From: an uncultured Christensenella sp.
GTDB taxonomy: Bacteria > Bacillota > Clostridia > Christensenellales > UBA1242
NCBI GenBank assembly: GCA_964455585.1
Contig: CAYVXW010000004.1
Coordinates: 103-64,102 of the forward strand
DNA length: 64,000 bases
Reading direction: 5' to 3'
This document shows positions 42,433 through 53,517 of the stretch, piece after piece. Numbering within the stretch: the first letter of the stretch is position 1; each line of letters starts with the position of its first letter. The notes beneath the pieces were generated by a model. It was not told the origin of the DNA. It ran no database searches and saw only the letters and a list, made by a program, of their open reading frames with translations. Position numbers and translations under genes: made by a program.

Positions 42433-42652
42433 ACGCAATGCCAAAAAAAATATGTTCGGAGGAACATATTTTTTTGTAAATAACTGGGTGCCTTTTTGGG
42501 GCTATTGTTTTGTTAACTTAAGGCAATGAATTTTGAACAAATAAGGTGGTTAAGCATTGCCCTAAGTTGACAACTAATTCGTGTGGTCTAGTGTTCGCAT
42601 TATTGTAAGATTATAGACCATTAACCTTACTACGGTTGGTTGTTTTAATAGA

Positions 42653-44617
42653 TTATAGTTTGCTATCTGTATCAGTTGAAAGCGATTCGCTATAGTCAAA
42701 TGCTTCGTTGAATACTGGAATTGCATTCTTAATTGACAACGCTTTTGCAGTTCCCAACAAGGTATTCGTGTAATTAATTCCATCAATACTTTCAGTATAT
42801 GGGAAGAATGCTTGAACTGCTTGGAAGGAAATCTTGAATGTAATTTTTGCATTTGAGAATACGTTTGTAAGCGCATCACTTGGCAATGCAAATGTACCAT
42901 TAACAAATGGGAATGCATCCGATACCACTTTCTTGACATCGGTACTTCCGTTTTTAGAAACAACTGTGCTTGTTAGCAAGTCTGGCTTAATTTCATAAAG
43001 TTTAGCATTTAGTCTTTCAGTTGAAGTTGCCGTAGTGTTGCTTCTTTTTATTCCAGTAGTTGAATCATCAGTTATAGAGTTTGTTCCGCCGTTGCTAACA
43101 TCAGTAACGCTATCGGTAGTTTTGGTAATAATGCTATCTTCAGTAAGAACAAATTCTTTCTTGGTCGAATCATATTTTGAAACGTCTTTACCATTATCAG
43201 CTACAAGGTACCACCATCCACCGACAGATGTACTAATTTCGTCCGTGTTGGTATCGTTACCAATTGTTGGATCGATATATAACCAAGAAGCATTAATTCC
43301 ATCAGTTGCGGCGTTGTCACTTACAATACCATTTTCTACTGTGTTACCGGTTACATTACCCGCATGAATTTTGTTAGAAGAGTCATTAATCAAGTCAACG
43401 AATGCGTCATTTAGATCTTTTTCAAGTGCCTTAACACTATCACCGATTGTTCTTTCAACAACATTGCCGTACTCATTTTCGTACATCTCTACATAACTTT
43501 GAATGTATGAATTACATCTAGCCTTATAGAAAGAGTCCGCTTCAACTTGTCTATATGCCGTTGTAGAACTTTCTCCTCCAGTTTCGTAACTTTCTACAAT
43601 CCATACGCCATAATAACCAGTTAGACCATAAGATGTGTCAGTGCCATCAAATGGAGCACCCATCTTAATGCCATACTTATAGTTATCGGCTGAAACATTG
43701 GTTTTCCCTTCACCTGTTGCTCCGCTCAACGCGTCAGCAGCTTTTAAATATTCAGACTTAGATACGAATTTCCACTTGTAAATAGATGTTTTAGTACCTT
43801 TTTTTATGTTAGTTAATTCAGAACTTGTTTTTACCGCATCTACGAATGTTGTACTTTGAACCGCATCTCTACGACCTTCAGTCACATTTGGGTTTTCTGC
43901 CGTATTGGTATACTTAAATGCAGTTCCATTTAATGCGGCTTGCCAAGTTTTATCTTCTACTTCAGTTCCCGCAGTGCCAGTATAAACAGTACTTTGTACT
44001 GGATAGTTCTCCATATAATCGGTATCAGTAAAGTTATTATATCCCATTCCTGGGTCAAACTCTATTTCAATACTAAATCTTGCTCTCAATACAGATGTTG
44101 TGGTGGTAGTTATTCTACCCTTGTTGTCTTGATATGTAAGTGTACCATTGCTTGTGTTGGCAGTATTGGCACCTGTACTTGTGTTATATATTTTTTGGTC
44201 GGTTACAGTGTTTGTTTCGGCAGTAGAGAACACTCTTGCTTGAGAATAAATTTCAACTTTTTGACCTGGCAACAAAACTTTACTGTAATCAACGGTTACA
44301 CCATCATTTGTATCAGTAGTACCAGTTTCCCTAACCGTAGTAGCCTTAATATCTAGACTTCCTTCACCACCTTGCCATTTTGCAGTTCCAGAACCATCGG
44401 CGGCTTGCGTTCCACGCCCCGCCATTTCTACATAAACTGGACCGCCCATATATAGCGATTCGGATGCCCATGTTGAGCCTGCGAACCAAGCAAGGGTTGC
44501 GCCAACAGATAGACAAACAGTAAGCACTAAACTAAGTCCGCCAACAGCGATTATACCAATACGCTTTCTTAGACCCTTTTTAGATTTTTTCTTTTTGGTT
44601 GTTTTTTCCATAAACAT
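42653..44617 (-). CDS. Secreted protein with SipW-type (TasA/CalY-like) signal peptide
   Basis: Basic N-terminus, hydrophobic helix, GATLAWF motif; LLPGQ and C-terminal FQAVQA recall TasA-like proteins. Confidence 0.65.
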   Translation of the reverse strand: MFMEKTTKKKKSKKGLRKRIGIIAVGGLSLVLTVCLSVGATLAWFAGSTWASESLYMGGPVYVEMAGRGTQAADGSGTAKWQGGEGSLDIKATTVRETGTTDTNDGVTVDYSKVLLPGQKVEIYSQARVFSTAETNTVTDQKIYNTSTGANTANTSNGTLTYQDNKGRITTTTTSVLRARFSIEIEFDPGMGYNNFTDTDYMENYPVQSTVYTGTAGTEVEDKTWQAALNGTAFKYTNTAENPNVTEGRRDAVQSTTFVDAVKTSSELTNIKKGTKTSIYKWKFVSKSEYLKAADALSGATGEGKTNVSADNYKYGIKMGAPFDGTDTSYGLTGYYGVWIVESYETGGESSTTAYRQVEADSFYKARCNSYIQSYVEMYENEYGNVVERTIGDSVKALEKDLNDAFVDLINDSSNKIHAGNVTGNTVENGIVSDNAATDGINASWLYIDPTIGNDTNTDEISTSVGGWWYLVADNGKDVSKYDSTKKEFVLTEDSIITKTTDSVTDVSNGGTNSITDDSTTGIKRSNTTATSTERLNAKLYEIKPDLLTSTVVSKNGSTDVKKVVSDAFPFVNGTFALPSDALTNVFSNAKITFKISFQAVQAFFPYTESIDGINYTNTLLGTAKALSIKNAIPVFNEAFDYSESLSTDTDSKL

Positions 44618-44934
44618 TCTCCTCTAATGGTGCTTTTCGCCCCACTAAATACATTTTTTTATTTTTTTACACTCCCATTATACAAAATTCGTTTAGTTTT
44701 GACAAACGTTTTTAGGTGGTTTTTCAAATTATTTTGGATTTTGTTTGTTTTATACTTATATCAATAAATATATTATCAATTTCATTTTTAATTTGACATA
44801 TGTTTTTTGCAATTTAAACAAATATTTATAATGATAGCAATAAAGGCTAGGCTAGGAATGGCAGTTTTGGGGAAAAGGGCATAGAATGGACTAGAGGGGT
44901 GAATATGCCTCTCGGATAAAGGAGAAGAGATGTT

Positions 44935-45543
44935 ATGAGAAACAATAATTGTTGTCGTGGTGAAAACGAGTTGCAAAATGGAAATTATGGGAATCGTTTG
45001 CAAAATGGAAATTGCGGAAATGGTTTATCAAACGGGGTTTGTGGAACTGGCTTTCCAAATGGGAATTGTGGGAACGGGCAACAAAACACCATATATAGAT
45101 ATGTGTATATAACGGGGCCTCAGGGACCGGCGGGTGCGGATGGCGAGAGCGTGACGCTTGAAGCAAGCACAAACCGAAACGACACAACTCAAACTGTTCA
45201 AAATGGTGGCGTGGTTTCTATCACTGGCACAAATGTGTTAACCAACGATGCCGATATGCTTTTTGTAAACAATACAGTTAGGCTCAATAGCGCTGGGCTA
45301 TATCTAATTACCACCACTCTGGAAGCCTCGGGGAGTGCCGGCACATACAACTTTGCAATAACGGTAGATAGCGTTGAATACGCCTTTGTTTTAACCATAA
45401 ATACGGGTGCAACAACGGGAACGGTTAGCCACACAATTTATTTAAACATTGCAACCTCGCCTACCGTGATTTCGATAAACAACAAAGGCAGTGCGAGTGC
45501 AACAATAGAAAAAGCCGAATTGGATGTTGTAAAGTTGGTTTAA
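44935..45543 (+). CDS. BclA/collagen-like spore surface protein
   Basis: N-terminal NGNCG repeats, GPQGPAGADG triplets, beta-rich C-terminal domain (AGLYLI). Confidence 0.55.
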   Translation: MRNNNCCRGENELQNGNYGNRLQNGNCGNGLSNGVCGTGFPNGNCGNGQQNTIYRYVYITGPQGPAGADGESVTLEASTNRNDTTQTVQNGGVVSITGTNVLTNDADMLFVNNTVRLNSAGLYLITTTLEASGSAGTYNFAITVDSVEYAFVLTINTGATTGTVSHTIYLNIATSPTVISINNKGSASATIEKAELDVVKLV

Positions 45544-45968
45544 AGAAATAAAGATCATTACAATTTACAAGAGTATATTTTTTGACATTATATTATAAGT
45601 AATTGTCAAATTACACAATGTTGTTGTCATTAGATTTAAAATACACAACCCCTAAGCACTCTAGAACAGAAACACTGCGGACATCAAATATTATTATAAT
45701 ATAGCCCTTATGCAATAGGTTAAAGGGATTTACTTTTACCCTATCGCAAAGGGGCTTTTTCTTATACACTTCCACTAAAAATAGTAAAAATTTATAGCGT
45801 TGATAGCACCCTTATATTTAAAAATTTGTGTTATCAATAACACCATTCTACACCCCAACTATAAGGTACTAAACAGGCGTTTTGCCCCTCACAAAAATTA
45901 TGAGAAAAACAAAAACCCCAAGGACTTGAAAACACAAAAAAACACTCCCCATAGGGAGTGCGTACATA

Positions 45969-46439
45969 TTAATACTTGATAGATAAAATCTTGTACTTTT
46001 GAACGCCTGCAGGAGTATGAACCTCAACCAAGTCACCCTCGGCACTGCCAATTAGCGCCTTGCCAAGAGGGCTTTCGTTGCTAATTTGTCCAATTGTTGG
46101 GTCGCTCTCAATACTACCCATAATCTTGAATGTCAAGTTCTCCTCAAAGCCTAGGTCGTAAACCTCAACTGTGCAACCAACGCCAACCTTACTTGTGTCT
46201 GCTTTGGTTTTTGAAATGATTTTTGCATTCTTCAAAGTCTCTTCAATTTGGATAATTTCTTGCTCCAAAATTGCCTCTTCTTCTCTTGCCGCATCGTACT
46301 CGCTATTCTCGCTAATATCGCCAAACGACCTAGCAATCCTAATCTTGTTTGCAACATCAACCCTACCCTCGCTCTTTAGGTAAACAAGTTTTTGTTCCAA
46401 CTCCTTGTATGCTTCTTTTGTCAAATAAACATCTGCCAT
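45969..46439 (-). CDS. greA: Transcription elongation factor GreA
   Basis: ARSFGDISENSEYDAA, ISNESPLGKALIG. Confidence 0.96.
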   Translation of the reverse strand: MADVYLTKEAYKELEQKLVYLKSEGRVDVANKIRIARSFGDISENSEYDAAREEEAILEQEIIQIEETLKNAKIISKTKADTSKVGVGCTVEVYDLGFEENLTFKIMGSIESDPTIGQISNESPLGKALIGSAEGDLVEVHTPAGVQKYKILSIKY

Positions 46440-46720
46440 AATATACCTCTCATAACTAAAAAATTAAAAACCCATATCATTGGGTTTTTGAACTAAATTA
46501 ATCTTTTTAGATTTTCATCGTCTAGAATATACAATAAATAATATAATTTGTCAAGGGATTTTTCTAAATTTTTTCCCCAAACTTCAAACTTAAAATATGC
46601 AAGTTTACATCATTTAATACATCTGTGCTCAAATTTTATTAAATGGTTTATTTTAGTTATGATTTTTTTGTTTTTTATGTTAAACTACTACATAAGAAAA
46701 TCTTTTTGGGAGCGACGAAA

Positions 46721-46981
46721 ATGGTTAGAATGTTTGTAAAAACAATTAAATCAAATAGAATAACGGGCACATACAAGTACGAGTGTGACGACAACTTTGA
46801 AATCGACCATTTTTATGACTATGTAAAGGAAATTTGTGAGCACTTTGATAGCCCAACCCCTGTTATCCTTGCAAAGCACATTAGGGACTATATTGTCTTT
46901 AGCACAACCACCTTTACAAAAAGCGACTTTGTGGAAAAGGTCTTTTTTGACAAACTTGTTTTGGAACAATACAAGGGCTAG
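46721..46981 (+). CDS. Conserved-looking hypothetical protein
   Basis: RBS GGGAG; ICEHFDSPTPVIL.KH...F.KSDFVEKV.FDKL.LE. Confidence 0.65.
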   Translation: MVRMFVKTIKSNRITGTYKYECDDNFEIDHFYDYVKEICEHFDSPTPVILAKHIRDYIVFSTTTFTKSDFVEKVFFDKLVLEQYKG

Positions 46982-47041
46982 AGGTACAACACGTCCCACC
47001 ACCACAAGCACCAAACTTTAAACAAAAAGAACTAGGCAATC

Positions 47042-47644
47042 TTATGCGTCTAGTTCTTGTTTTTTGTTCTCTCGCTCAATATTTCGCTCCGTCCTCTTTA
47101 TGAGCACGTCCAGTTTGGGAAGGTTATATCTTTGTACAAAAAACGGCAAGGTTTGCAAGATGGCATTAACAACCGCCACGGGTAAAGATATAGTTAGTGC
47201 ATAATTTAAAGGCAACAACACAATAATCACAAACCCAATAAATATGGAGAAAAAGTGCATCACCTCCGCCCTAAAACACTCTTTTCGCAATTTTAGCAGG
47301 TATCCCAGGTCGCTAGGACTATAGATTTTTGCCTTATCCATTCCCATAAACAAAGGTCCCCTGCCTACGGGTACATAGTCTTTCCACTTTTTTATCCACA
47401 ATTTTTCGTAAAATCGTTTTTCCCACTTGTACACCCTTTCAAAGCACCCAAAACACTTGGTTGGGAGCACTGTTACAAGAGCGGAAATTAGCATATCTAT
47501 TGTAAACACAATAATCACCGCAACCACGACCACAAGCATTAGACCAACTACCCCACGCTCACAGTAGCAAGCACTACCAAAAAGTGCATTAAATAGGACT
47601 ATCATCCCCATAGCGAACGCAATTATTCCCAAATACAAAATCAT
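47042..47644 (-). CDS. CrtO-like (glycosyl-4,4'-diaponeurosporenoate acyltransferase family) membrane protein
   Basis: FYEKLWIKKWKDYVP, RAEVMH, PFFVQRYNLPKL. Confidence 0.7.
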   Translation of the reverse strand: MILYLGIIAFAMGMIVLFNALFGSACYCERGVVGLMLVVVVAVIIVFTIDMLISALVTVLPTKCFGCFERVYKWEKRFYEKLWIKKWKDYVPVGRGPLFMGMDKAKIYSPSDLGYLLKLRKECFRAEVMHFFSIFIGFVIIVLLPLNYALTISLPVAVVNAILQTLPFFVQRYNLPKLDVLIKRTERNIERENKKQELDA

Positions 47645-48438
47645 TTCAAATACTCCAACTTTCTTCCGTAAAATTCCTCATATTTATCTTTGCACATCTT
47701 GTAATTTTCGTTTTTCAAATACTCAATATTTTCCTTTTGGGACAAATTGGGATTAGGATAAATTGGTGGCATTATATGAAGCACCAATGTTTTTGTCTCT
47801 ATGCCGTCGCAGTCAAACACGCCAGTATGCCTAAAGGTTGTAAACAAAGGCAAAATTGGCACATTGTGCTTTACCGCATAATAGAACGCGCCGTCCCTAA
47901 AGGGTCTTGGTTTTTCATACATTTGCCACATCGCTTGCTCGGGATAAAAAACCACTTTTCTACCCCTTTTTAGATAATATTCAATTGCATTATTAAAGCA
48001 TTTTTGAACGCTAAATTTGGGGCTTAGTGGCAAGATTCCGCCCGCACGCATCATATCCCCCAAAAATCCCTTTCGGTTGTTGTATTCGGCAACGCAATAC
48101 TTTAGCCCGCTATCTTTTAGTGCATATCTAATCGCCAAACAATCAAACATATTATAGTGGTTTGATGTAACAATTGACGCCTTCACACCTTTTAGATTTT
48201 CCCTTCCCAAAACTTCCGTTTTAAAAACTTTTTCGTTTTGTTTTTTGGTAAAGGGGGATATTATAAAAATATTTTTTAATCCCGTCCAAGCCTTTCTAAA
48301 AATGTTCTTTTCAACATATCTAAACTTTTCGGTAACGGGATAGCATTCGTCCCAATTGACGGGGTTTATGTCGTCATTAAACCTGCCCGCCCTTTCGTAT
48401 TCATCAATTTTTTCTAGATGCTCACTTATAGTCATCAC
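47641..48438 (-). CDS. PlsC-like lysophospholipid acyltransferase
   Basis: SNHYNMFD (HxxxxD), FYPEQ, FRDGAF, VPILP. Confidence 0.85.
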   Translation of the reverse strand: MMTISEHLEKIDEYERAGRFNDDINPVNWDECYPVTEKFRYVEKNIFRKAWTGLKNIFIISPFTKKQNEKVFKTEVLGRENLKGVKASIVTSNHYNMFDCLAIRYALKDSGLKYCVAEYNNRKGFLGDMMRAGGILPLSPKFSVQKCFNNAIEYYLKRGRKVVFYPEQAMWQMYEKPRPFRDGAFYYAVKHNVPILPLFTTFRHTGVFDCDGIETKTLVLHIMPPIYPNPNLSQKENIEYLKNENYKMCKDKYEEFYGRKLEYLK

Positions 48439-48450
48439 ACACCCCGATTT

Positions 48451-49677
48451 TTAAGCCGTTTGTTTCGTTTTGAAGCCAGTTAGTCCACAGAAATAATTAA
48501 GTCTATTTACAAACCTTGCTTCCTCAGTGTTCGATAGCGAGAGCATTTTCATTGTCTCGCAAAGAACGTCGTTTGTATCCAAATTTTCACCCAAATTATA
48601 AAAACACGTGCCGAAAAGCCCAAAGAACACCCTATAAAGTTTAAGTGGCATATTGTTTCCCCTAATTAGCCTAAACGCAATACAGCCTAGTTCGCAAAAT
48701 CTATTCATACACTCGCACAAATCATCCACATTTTCACTTTTTAATTCAAGCCCATATAGTTCCTTTGACTTTAGAACTGACATAAAGTCGTTTGTTCTAA
48801 CAATGCCCGAGGCACAATTTTTCTTGATATATTGAATGTCGGTGTTTAGGTGGCACATAAAGCCAAAGTCGTGAAAGAAAAAGTCAAATGGCCTTACATA
48901 TTTAAGTTCGTCAAACTCGCCCTTGGTAAAGAATTTTTCAAACACGGCATTCTTTTTCTCGCTATTTGCCATACCTTTGTACCAAATTGTGTTTTTGTTT
49001 TCCCAAAAATTGTCGGCAACATAAATGCTATTTATAGCCGATGCACTCTTTTTGTCTACAACGGGTTCGCAATAGTAATTTAGCAAAACCTTGTCATTTA
49101 CATACACCTTTGAAATATTTTTTAGGTTTGCAAGGTTAAAGAGTTCATCCTCGGCAAAGTGCATACTTTCGTCGTACTCCTCGGTTATGACCTCACGCTT
49201 GAATAGTTTGTTCCAAGGCATTGATGAATAGAAAAAGTCTTGATAGTACTTTTTGAAACTAGCCTCGTCCTTTAGGTCATATACACCCGATTCAAGATAT
49301 GTTTCAAAACAAGGATGCGTAAAATTGAAAATAACAACATCAACATCTTTTTCTTCCATAAGCCTTACATTTTGCTCTAACACATTGTCATAAAGGAAAT
49401 TGTCGTCGCTATCCAAAAACTCAATGTAGTCACCCGTTGCCAACTTCATTCCGTCATTTCTTCCCGCCGATTGACCTGCGTTTGGCTTATCAATGATAAT
49501 AAGGTTATTACACCTTGCTTGATACCCCTTTAGAATCTCCAAAGTGTTGTCCTTTGAGCCATCATTTATACATATTACTTCCAAGTTTTTGTATGTTTGA
49601 GATATTACACTATCCAAACATCTATTTAGCGTCTTTGCCGAGTTGTAACAAGGAATAATTAACGATATTTTTTTCAT
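48451..49677 (-). CDS. Glycosyltransferase family 2
   Basis: ISLIIPCYN, INDGSKD, GRNDG, FLDSDD, WNKLF, AED; start at MKKISL. Confidence 0.9.
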   Translation of the reverse strand: MKKISLIIPCYNSAKTLNRCLDSVISQTYKNLEVICINDGSKDNTLEILKGYQARCNNLIIIDKPNAGQSAGRNDGMKLATGDYIEFLDSDDNFLYDNVLEQNVRLMEEKDVDVVIFNFTHPCFETYLESGVYDLKDEASFKKYYQDFFYSSMPWNKLFKREVITEEYDESMHFAEDELFNLANLKNISKVYVNDKVLLNYYCEPVVDKKSASAINSIYVADNFWENKNTIWYKGMANSEKKNAVFEKFFTKGEFDELKYVRPFDFFFHDFGFMCHLNTDIQYIKKNCASGIVRTNDFMSVLKSKELYGLELKSENVDDLCECMNRFCELGCIAFRLIRGNNMPLKLYRVFFGLFGTCFYNLGENLDTNDVLCETMKMLSLSNTEEARFVNRLNYFCGLTGFKTKQTA

Positions 49678-49949
49678 AATATTTTCTCCCCAAATTTTAA
49701 ATTGCACTTTAACTTTACTATATATTCTCCCAAAACAAAAGGGAAATTGCAAAATTCCATTCCCAACCCATTTTAGCCTATCGGGAATGTAATTTTCAAA
49801 TTCCCGATAAACGGGAATGCACTTAAAAAACCGCTTTGTTTCGTGAGAAAAAATATAGAAATGTTGCACATACACTGACATAAAAGTAACTAGAATAAAT
49901 ATCAAATTTTGGCACAAAATAAAATACAAACAAATTTTGGAGGAAAAGT

Positions 49950-50348
49950 ATGTTAGCATTTATTTCATTTTTGCTTGTGTGCATAGGCTCGCTCAACTGG
50001 TTTACAATTGGACTTTTGCAATACGATTTTGTAGCAGGGCTATTTGGTTCGCAAGCAAATATATTTAGTAGGCTTGTTTATGCCCTTGTGGGAGTAGCAA
50101 GCATTGTGGTTATATTCAACCTAATAAAGAACAAAGGAAAATTTGTGATATCTTTCAAAAAGGCAAACAAAGAGTTTGAGGAAATGAAAGAAAAAAAGGA
50201 AGAAGAAAAGAAAAAAGAGGTTTTGGAACAAAACCCTAGGCTTTCTGCTTCCACCGAAGCCTCAAGCGACTTTGAGGGCAAGGCGGACAACGAAAAGACT
50301 TTTGACACAAAGTACTATACACACAAAAAAGACGATAATGACGAATAA
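49950..50348 (+). CDS. DUF378 family membrane protein
   Basis: IGSLNW..IGLLQYDFVAGLFG...SRLVYALVG. Confidence 0.85.
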   Translation: MLAFISFLLVCIGSLNWFTIGLLQYDFVAGLFGSQANIFSRLVYALVGVASIVVIFNLIKNKGKFVISFKKANKEFEEMKEKKEEEKKKEVLEQNPRLSASTEASSDFEGKADNEKTFDTKYYTHKKDDNDE

Positions 50349-50440
50349 AACGATGTCTTGCAAAACGCAAGACTTTGTTTTTGTTTGCGAAAAGGGCAAT
50401 AAAGTGATATTATTATAAAAGAAAATATTGAGGGAAAGAT

Positions 50441-51028
50441 ATGGCAAATATAGGACAAATTATCGCAAATAACATAGTATCACTTAGAAAAAAGCATAAT
50501 ATGACCCAAGGCGAACTAGCGGACAGGCTAAATTATAGCGACAATGCCGTAAGTAGGTGGGAGCGAGGAGAGGTTACTCCAAGCATAGAAACGCTAGAAC
50601 AAATAAGCGAAATTTTTTCGGTACCACTAGATAGTCTTCTAAAGGAAAACGCTATGGAAGTTAGCGCAAAAGACGAAAAAACAGAAAGAATAAGAAAACT
50701 ATCTATCCTTCTATTATTTGTTGCCCTTGTATGGTTTATTGTGTCGGTTGTGTATGTATACGCCAAGACCATTATGGGCTACAACCTTTGGACAATGTTT
50801 ATTTGGGCGTTCCCTATTTCGTGTTTGGTATTGCTAATGTTCAACGAGGCGTGGGGAAAAAAGATTTGGAGGTTTGTAATATTATCCGTCTTTACTTGGA
50901 CACTGCTTGGAAGCCTATATCTTCAATTTTTGACCCACAACATTTGGCTAATATTTATAACCGGCGTACCCGTTCAACTAGCCCTTGTAATTTGGGCATT
51001 TATAAAACCACATAAATCACATAGATAA
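50441..51028 (+). CDS. XRE-family HTH regulator with C-terminal TM helices
   Basis: MTQGELADRLNYSDNAVSRWERG followed by 4 TM segments. Confidence 0.88.
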   Translation: MANIGQIIANNIVSLRKKHNMTQGELADRLNYSDNAVSRWERGEVTPSIETLEQISEIFSVPLDSLLKENAMEVSAKDEKTERIRKLSILLLFVALVWFIVSVVYVYAKTIMGYNLWTMFIWAFPISCLVLLMFNEAWGKKIWRFVILSVFTWTLLGSLYLQFLTHNIWLIFITGVPVQLALVIWAFIKPHKSHR

Positions 51029-51029
51029 A

Positions 51030-51077
51030 AAACAACTACCTTGTAAGTTTATACTTTACATAGGTAGTTGTATTTTT
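51030..51077. terminator. Bidirectional terminator between convergent genes
   Basis: ACAACTAC..TGTAA...TTACA..GTAGTTGT with A/T tails. Confidence 0.55.
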
Positions 51078-52760
51078 TTATTTAAAGAACCTTTTGCTAA
51101 CAACTGGAACAATAACCACAAATAGAATTAGTGCACAAAATAGTACAATAAAGAACATTACAAAGTCGGGCATAACGCTATTTAGCGAGGTTTTTACCAT
51201 AATAACAGTCTCATCACTTAGCATTCCGTTGTTATTTTCATAATCACCTACTTGAACCCTAACCCTAATTGAGAATGTTCCGCCTTTGCTACACTCAATC
51301 GTGTTTCCTCTAACCCAATCGCCACCATTTACGCTATATTCAATAACTCCGTCCACGCCGTTTTCGACATCCACGCTGGTCAAGTGAACCTTAACCGTAC
51401 CAGTAACCTTTCCGATTGTGTCGTACATCTTGCCATTGTGCTCAAATTTGTAAGTAACTTCGGTTGGTTTTACCACAAAGCCTTGAGTTTTGTAGTACTT
51501 TGTATTTGAATCAAAGCCATTATAAATTTCGTCACCATCTAGAGAATATCTATACTCATACTCGCCAATTGGAAGATTTACATCAATATAGTTTTTGTCG
51601 CTAGGGATGTCGCTATCGGAAACCACTTTTACCACATATGGCTCACGCACCGATGTGATATAAATATTAATACCCAAGTTTTCAATATTTGTCCTATAAT
51701 ACCTAATGCCCTTTGACGAAGTGGTGCTAGAGTCGCCGTCCCAGTTTTTCATACCTTGAACACCCACTTTTAGGTTGTACTTGGTGGCATCAAAATATTG
51801 GTCGTTTATTTCGTAAATATTGTTTCCAATAAGGTTTAGGGTAACCTTTCCCTCAAAGCCGTTTCCCAAAACGATATCGGTCATTTTTGTTATGTTGTTG
51901 CCGGCAAGATTAATATCCACATCGTCACCAAAACAATTGCTTATATCAAACGCCGATAGGGAGTTTGACGACAAGTCCAAACTTTTTAAGTTCCTAATTC
52001 TTGGCAAGGAAACCGAAGTGATTGCGTTGTTTGCAAAGTTGACACTTTCCAATTTTGTATAGTTGTCCTCGTCCCCAAAGCAGTCGGCACTAATGGAAGC
52101 AATTTTGCAATTTGTAATGGAAATTGTTTCTATATAATTTAACCTCATTAGTTTTAGCCCAGAAATGTCACTTATTTCCTTTCCGGATATTTCAATGCTT
52201 GTTAGGTCGGGATAATTAAGCATTTCGGAATACAAGGTTGAGCCATCAAACCTTTCGCCCTTTGTGCTTGCATAATTTTTTACAACGCTCAAAAGTGCGC
52301 TATAAAGTTTTGTGTCGCCAAAAGAAGTTAGTTCAATCCTTGAGCCCAATTCATAACTAGAATTAACGGCAGAATCGCTCCAAACCGACACCGTTTGGGT
52401 CAAAACATATGGTTCACTTGCACCATATTCGACACTAACAGTAAGCGTGTAATCCCCCGCCTCGGTTGGCTTAAATTTGTATACACCAAGGACTTCGCTT
52501 AGGTTGTCTTCCGGTTGCCCATTTATTCCCAATGTCACACTCACACTTTCAATTGGAGTTTCGTTTTCTCCCACCTTTAGCGAAAATTCGCTTGTGTCAA
52601 TTTCTATATAGGTGTTATTTTGGTAGTGACCTTTTAGTTGCTCGGATAGTCCTAACAAACTAATAGTCTCGCTTGCACTTGCCACAGCCCCAGTCGTCAC
52701 AAAAAAACTTGCACACAATACACCTATTGCACATAGTAGCCACTTTATTTTTTTCTTCAT
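51078..52760 (-). CDS. Leucine-rich-repeat surface protein
   Basis: Signal peptide, LRR units (LESVNFANNAI, LKSLDLSSNSL, INLAGNNI), C-terminal TM anchor. Confidence 0.8.
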   Translation of the reverse strand: MKKKIKWLLCAIGVLCASFFVTTGAVASASETISLLGLSEQLKGHYQNNTYIEIDTSEFSLKVGENETPIESVSVTLGINGQPEDNLSEVLGVYKFKPTEAGDYTLTVSVEYGASEPYVLTQTVSVWSDSAVNSSYELGSRIELTSFGDTKLYSALLSVVKNYASTKGERFDGSTLYSEMLNYPDLTSIEISGKEISDISGLKLMRLNYIETISITNCKIASISADCFGDEDNYTKLESVNFANNAITSVSLPRIRNLKSLDLSSNSLSAFDISNCFGDDVDINLAGNNITKMTDIVLGNGFEGKVTLNLIGNNIYEINDQYFDATKYNLKVGVQGMKNWDGDSSTTSSKGIRYYRTNIENLGINIYITSVREPYVVKVVSDSDIPSDKNYIDVNLPIGEYEYRYSLDGDEIYNGFDSNTKYYKTQGFVVKPTEVTYKFEHNGKMYDTIGKVTGTVKVHLTSVDVENGVDGVIEYSVNGGDWVRGNTIECSKGGTFSIRVRVQVGDYENNNGMLSDETVIMVKTSLNSVMPDFVMFFIVLFCALILFVVIVPVVSKRFFK

Positions 52761-52773
52761 ACTCTACCCCCAA

Positions 52774-53517
52774 CTAAAAGGCTTTAAAGATAGTTTTCAA
52801 AAACTCGCCTTTAGCAATATAATTAAACATAAACTCAAATTCGCTTTCGCCGTAATATCTAACCCTTTCCACCTTGCCAACAACTTCACTTTGTTCAAAA
52901 GCCCCGTGAGAGGTGCTATCGTTGCTAACTTTTCTATTGTCGCCTAGCACAAATACTTGGTTCTCACCCACAACGAGTTTTCCGTCCGCATTAAAAACCT
53001 TGCCATATTCTTCCACATTGCTTTCTTGCAAGTTTTTCTTGTAGGCTTGCAATCTTTCGTACGACTTATTCATTCCATTTTGCTCACTCAATGCAATTAT
53101 TGGTGTAATCAAAATATAATCCTCATCTATAATTTCGCCATTTCGCTCTAGTTTGTATATAACAACAAAGGTGTCATCACTTATTTGGGCTTGGGTTTCT
53201 ACAATGTCGATGGTATCCCCCGGAAGCCCAACAACACGCTTTATAATAGCCTCATCGCCGTTGTCTATAACCACAATATCGCCATAGGAAAGTTCACTGT
53301 CAAACTTGTTAAGATAGACATAATCGTGCTTGGAACCCGAAATTTTGTTAAGCGATGGTTGCATACTAGGTCCTGTAACCTCGCACTCCACCAAGCACAC
53401 TGAAAATGTAATAAACGCTATGGCAACAAACAAACACGTATAAAAAAACAAGTTGCCCAAAAATGCGCAAAGCCACTCATATGGAGTTTTCTTTTTTAGT
53501 ACAAATGTCTTTTCCAT
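52774..53517 (-). CDS. lepB: Signal peptidase I
   Basis: GPSMQPSL, IIKRVVGLPGD, FVLGDNR..SNDS. Confidence 0.9.
   Translation of the reverse strand: MEKTFVLKKKTPYEWLCAFLGNLFFYTCLFVAIAFITFSVCLVECEVTGPSMQPSLNKISGSKHDYVYLNKFDSELSYGDIVVIDNGDEAIIKRVVGLPGDTIDIVETQAQISDDTFVVIYKLERNGEIIDEDYILITPIIALSEQNGMNKSYERLQAYKKNLQESNVEEYGKVFNADGKLVVGENQVFVLGDNRKVSNDSTSHGAFEQSEVVGKVERVRYYGESEFEFMFNYIAKGEFLKTIFKAF

Noticed and set aside
45703-45760. Long hairpin after a TATAAT as a small RNA
   Set aside because: No -35 element; adequately explained as a terminator-like stem with a T tract
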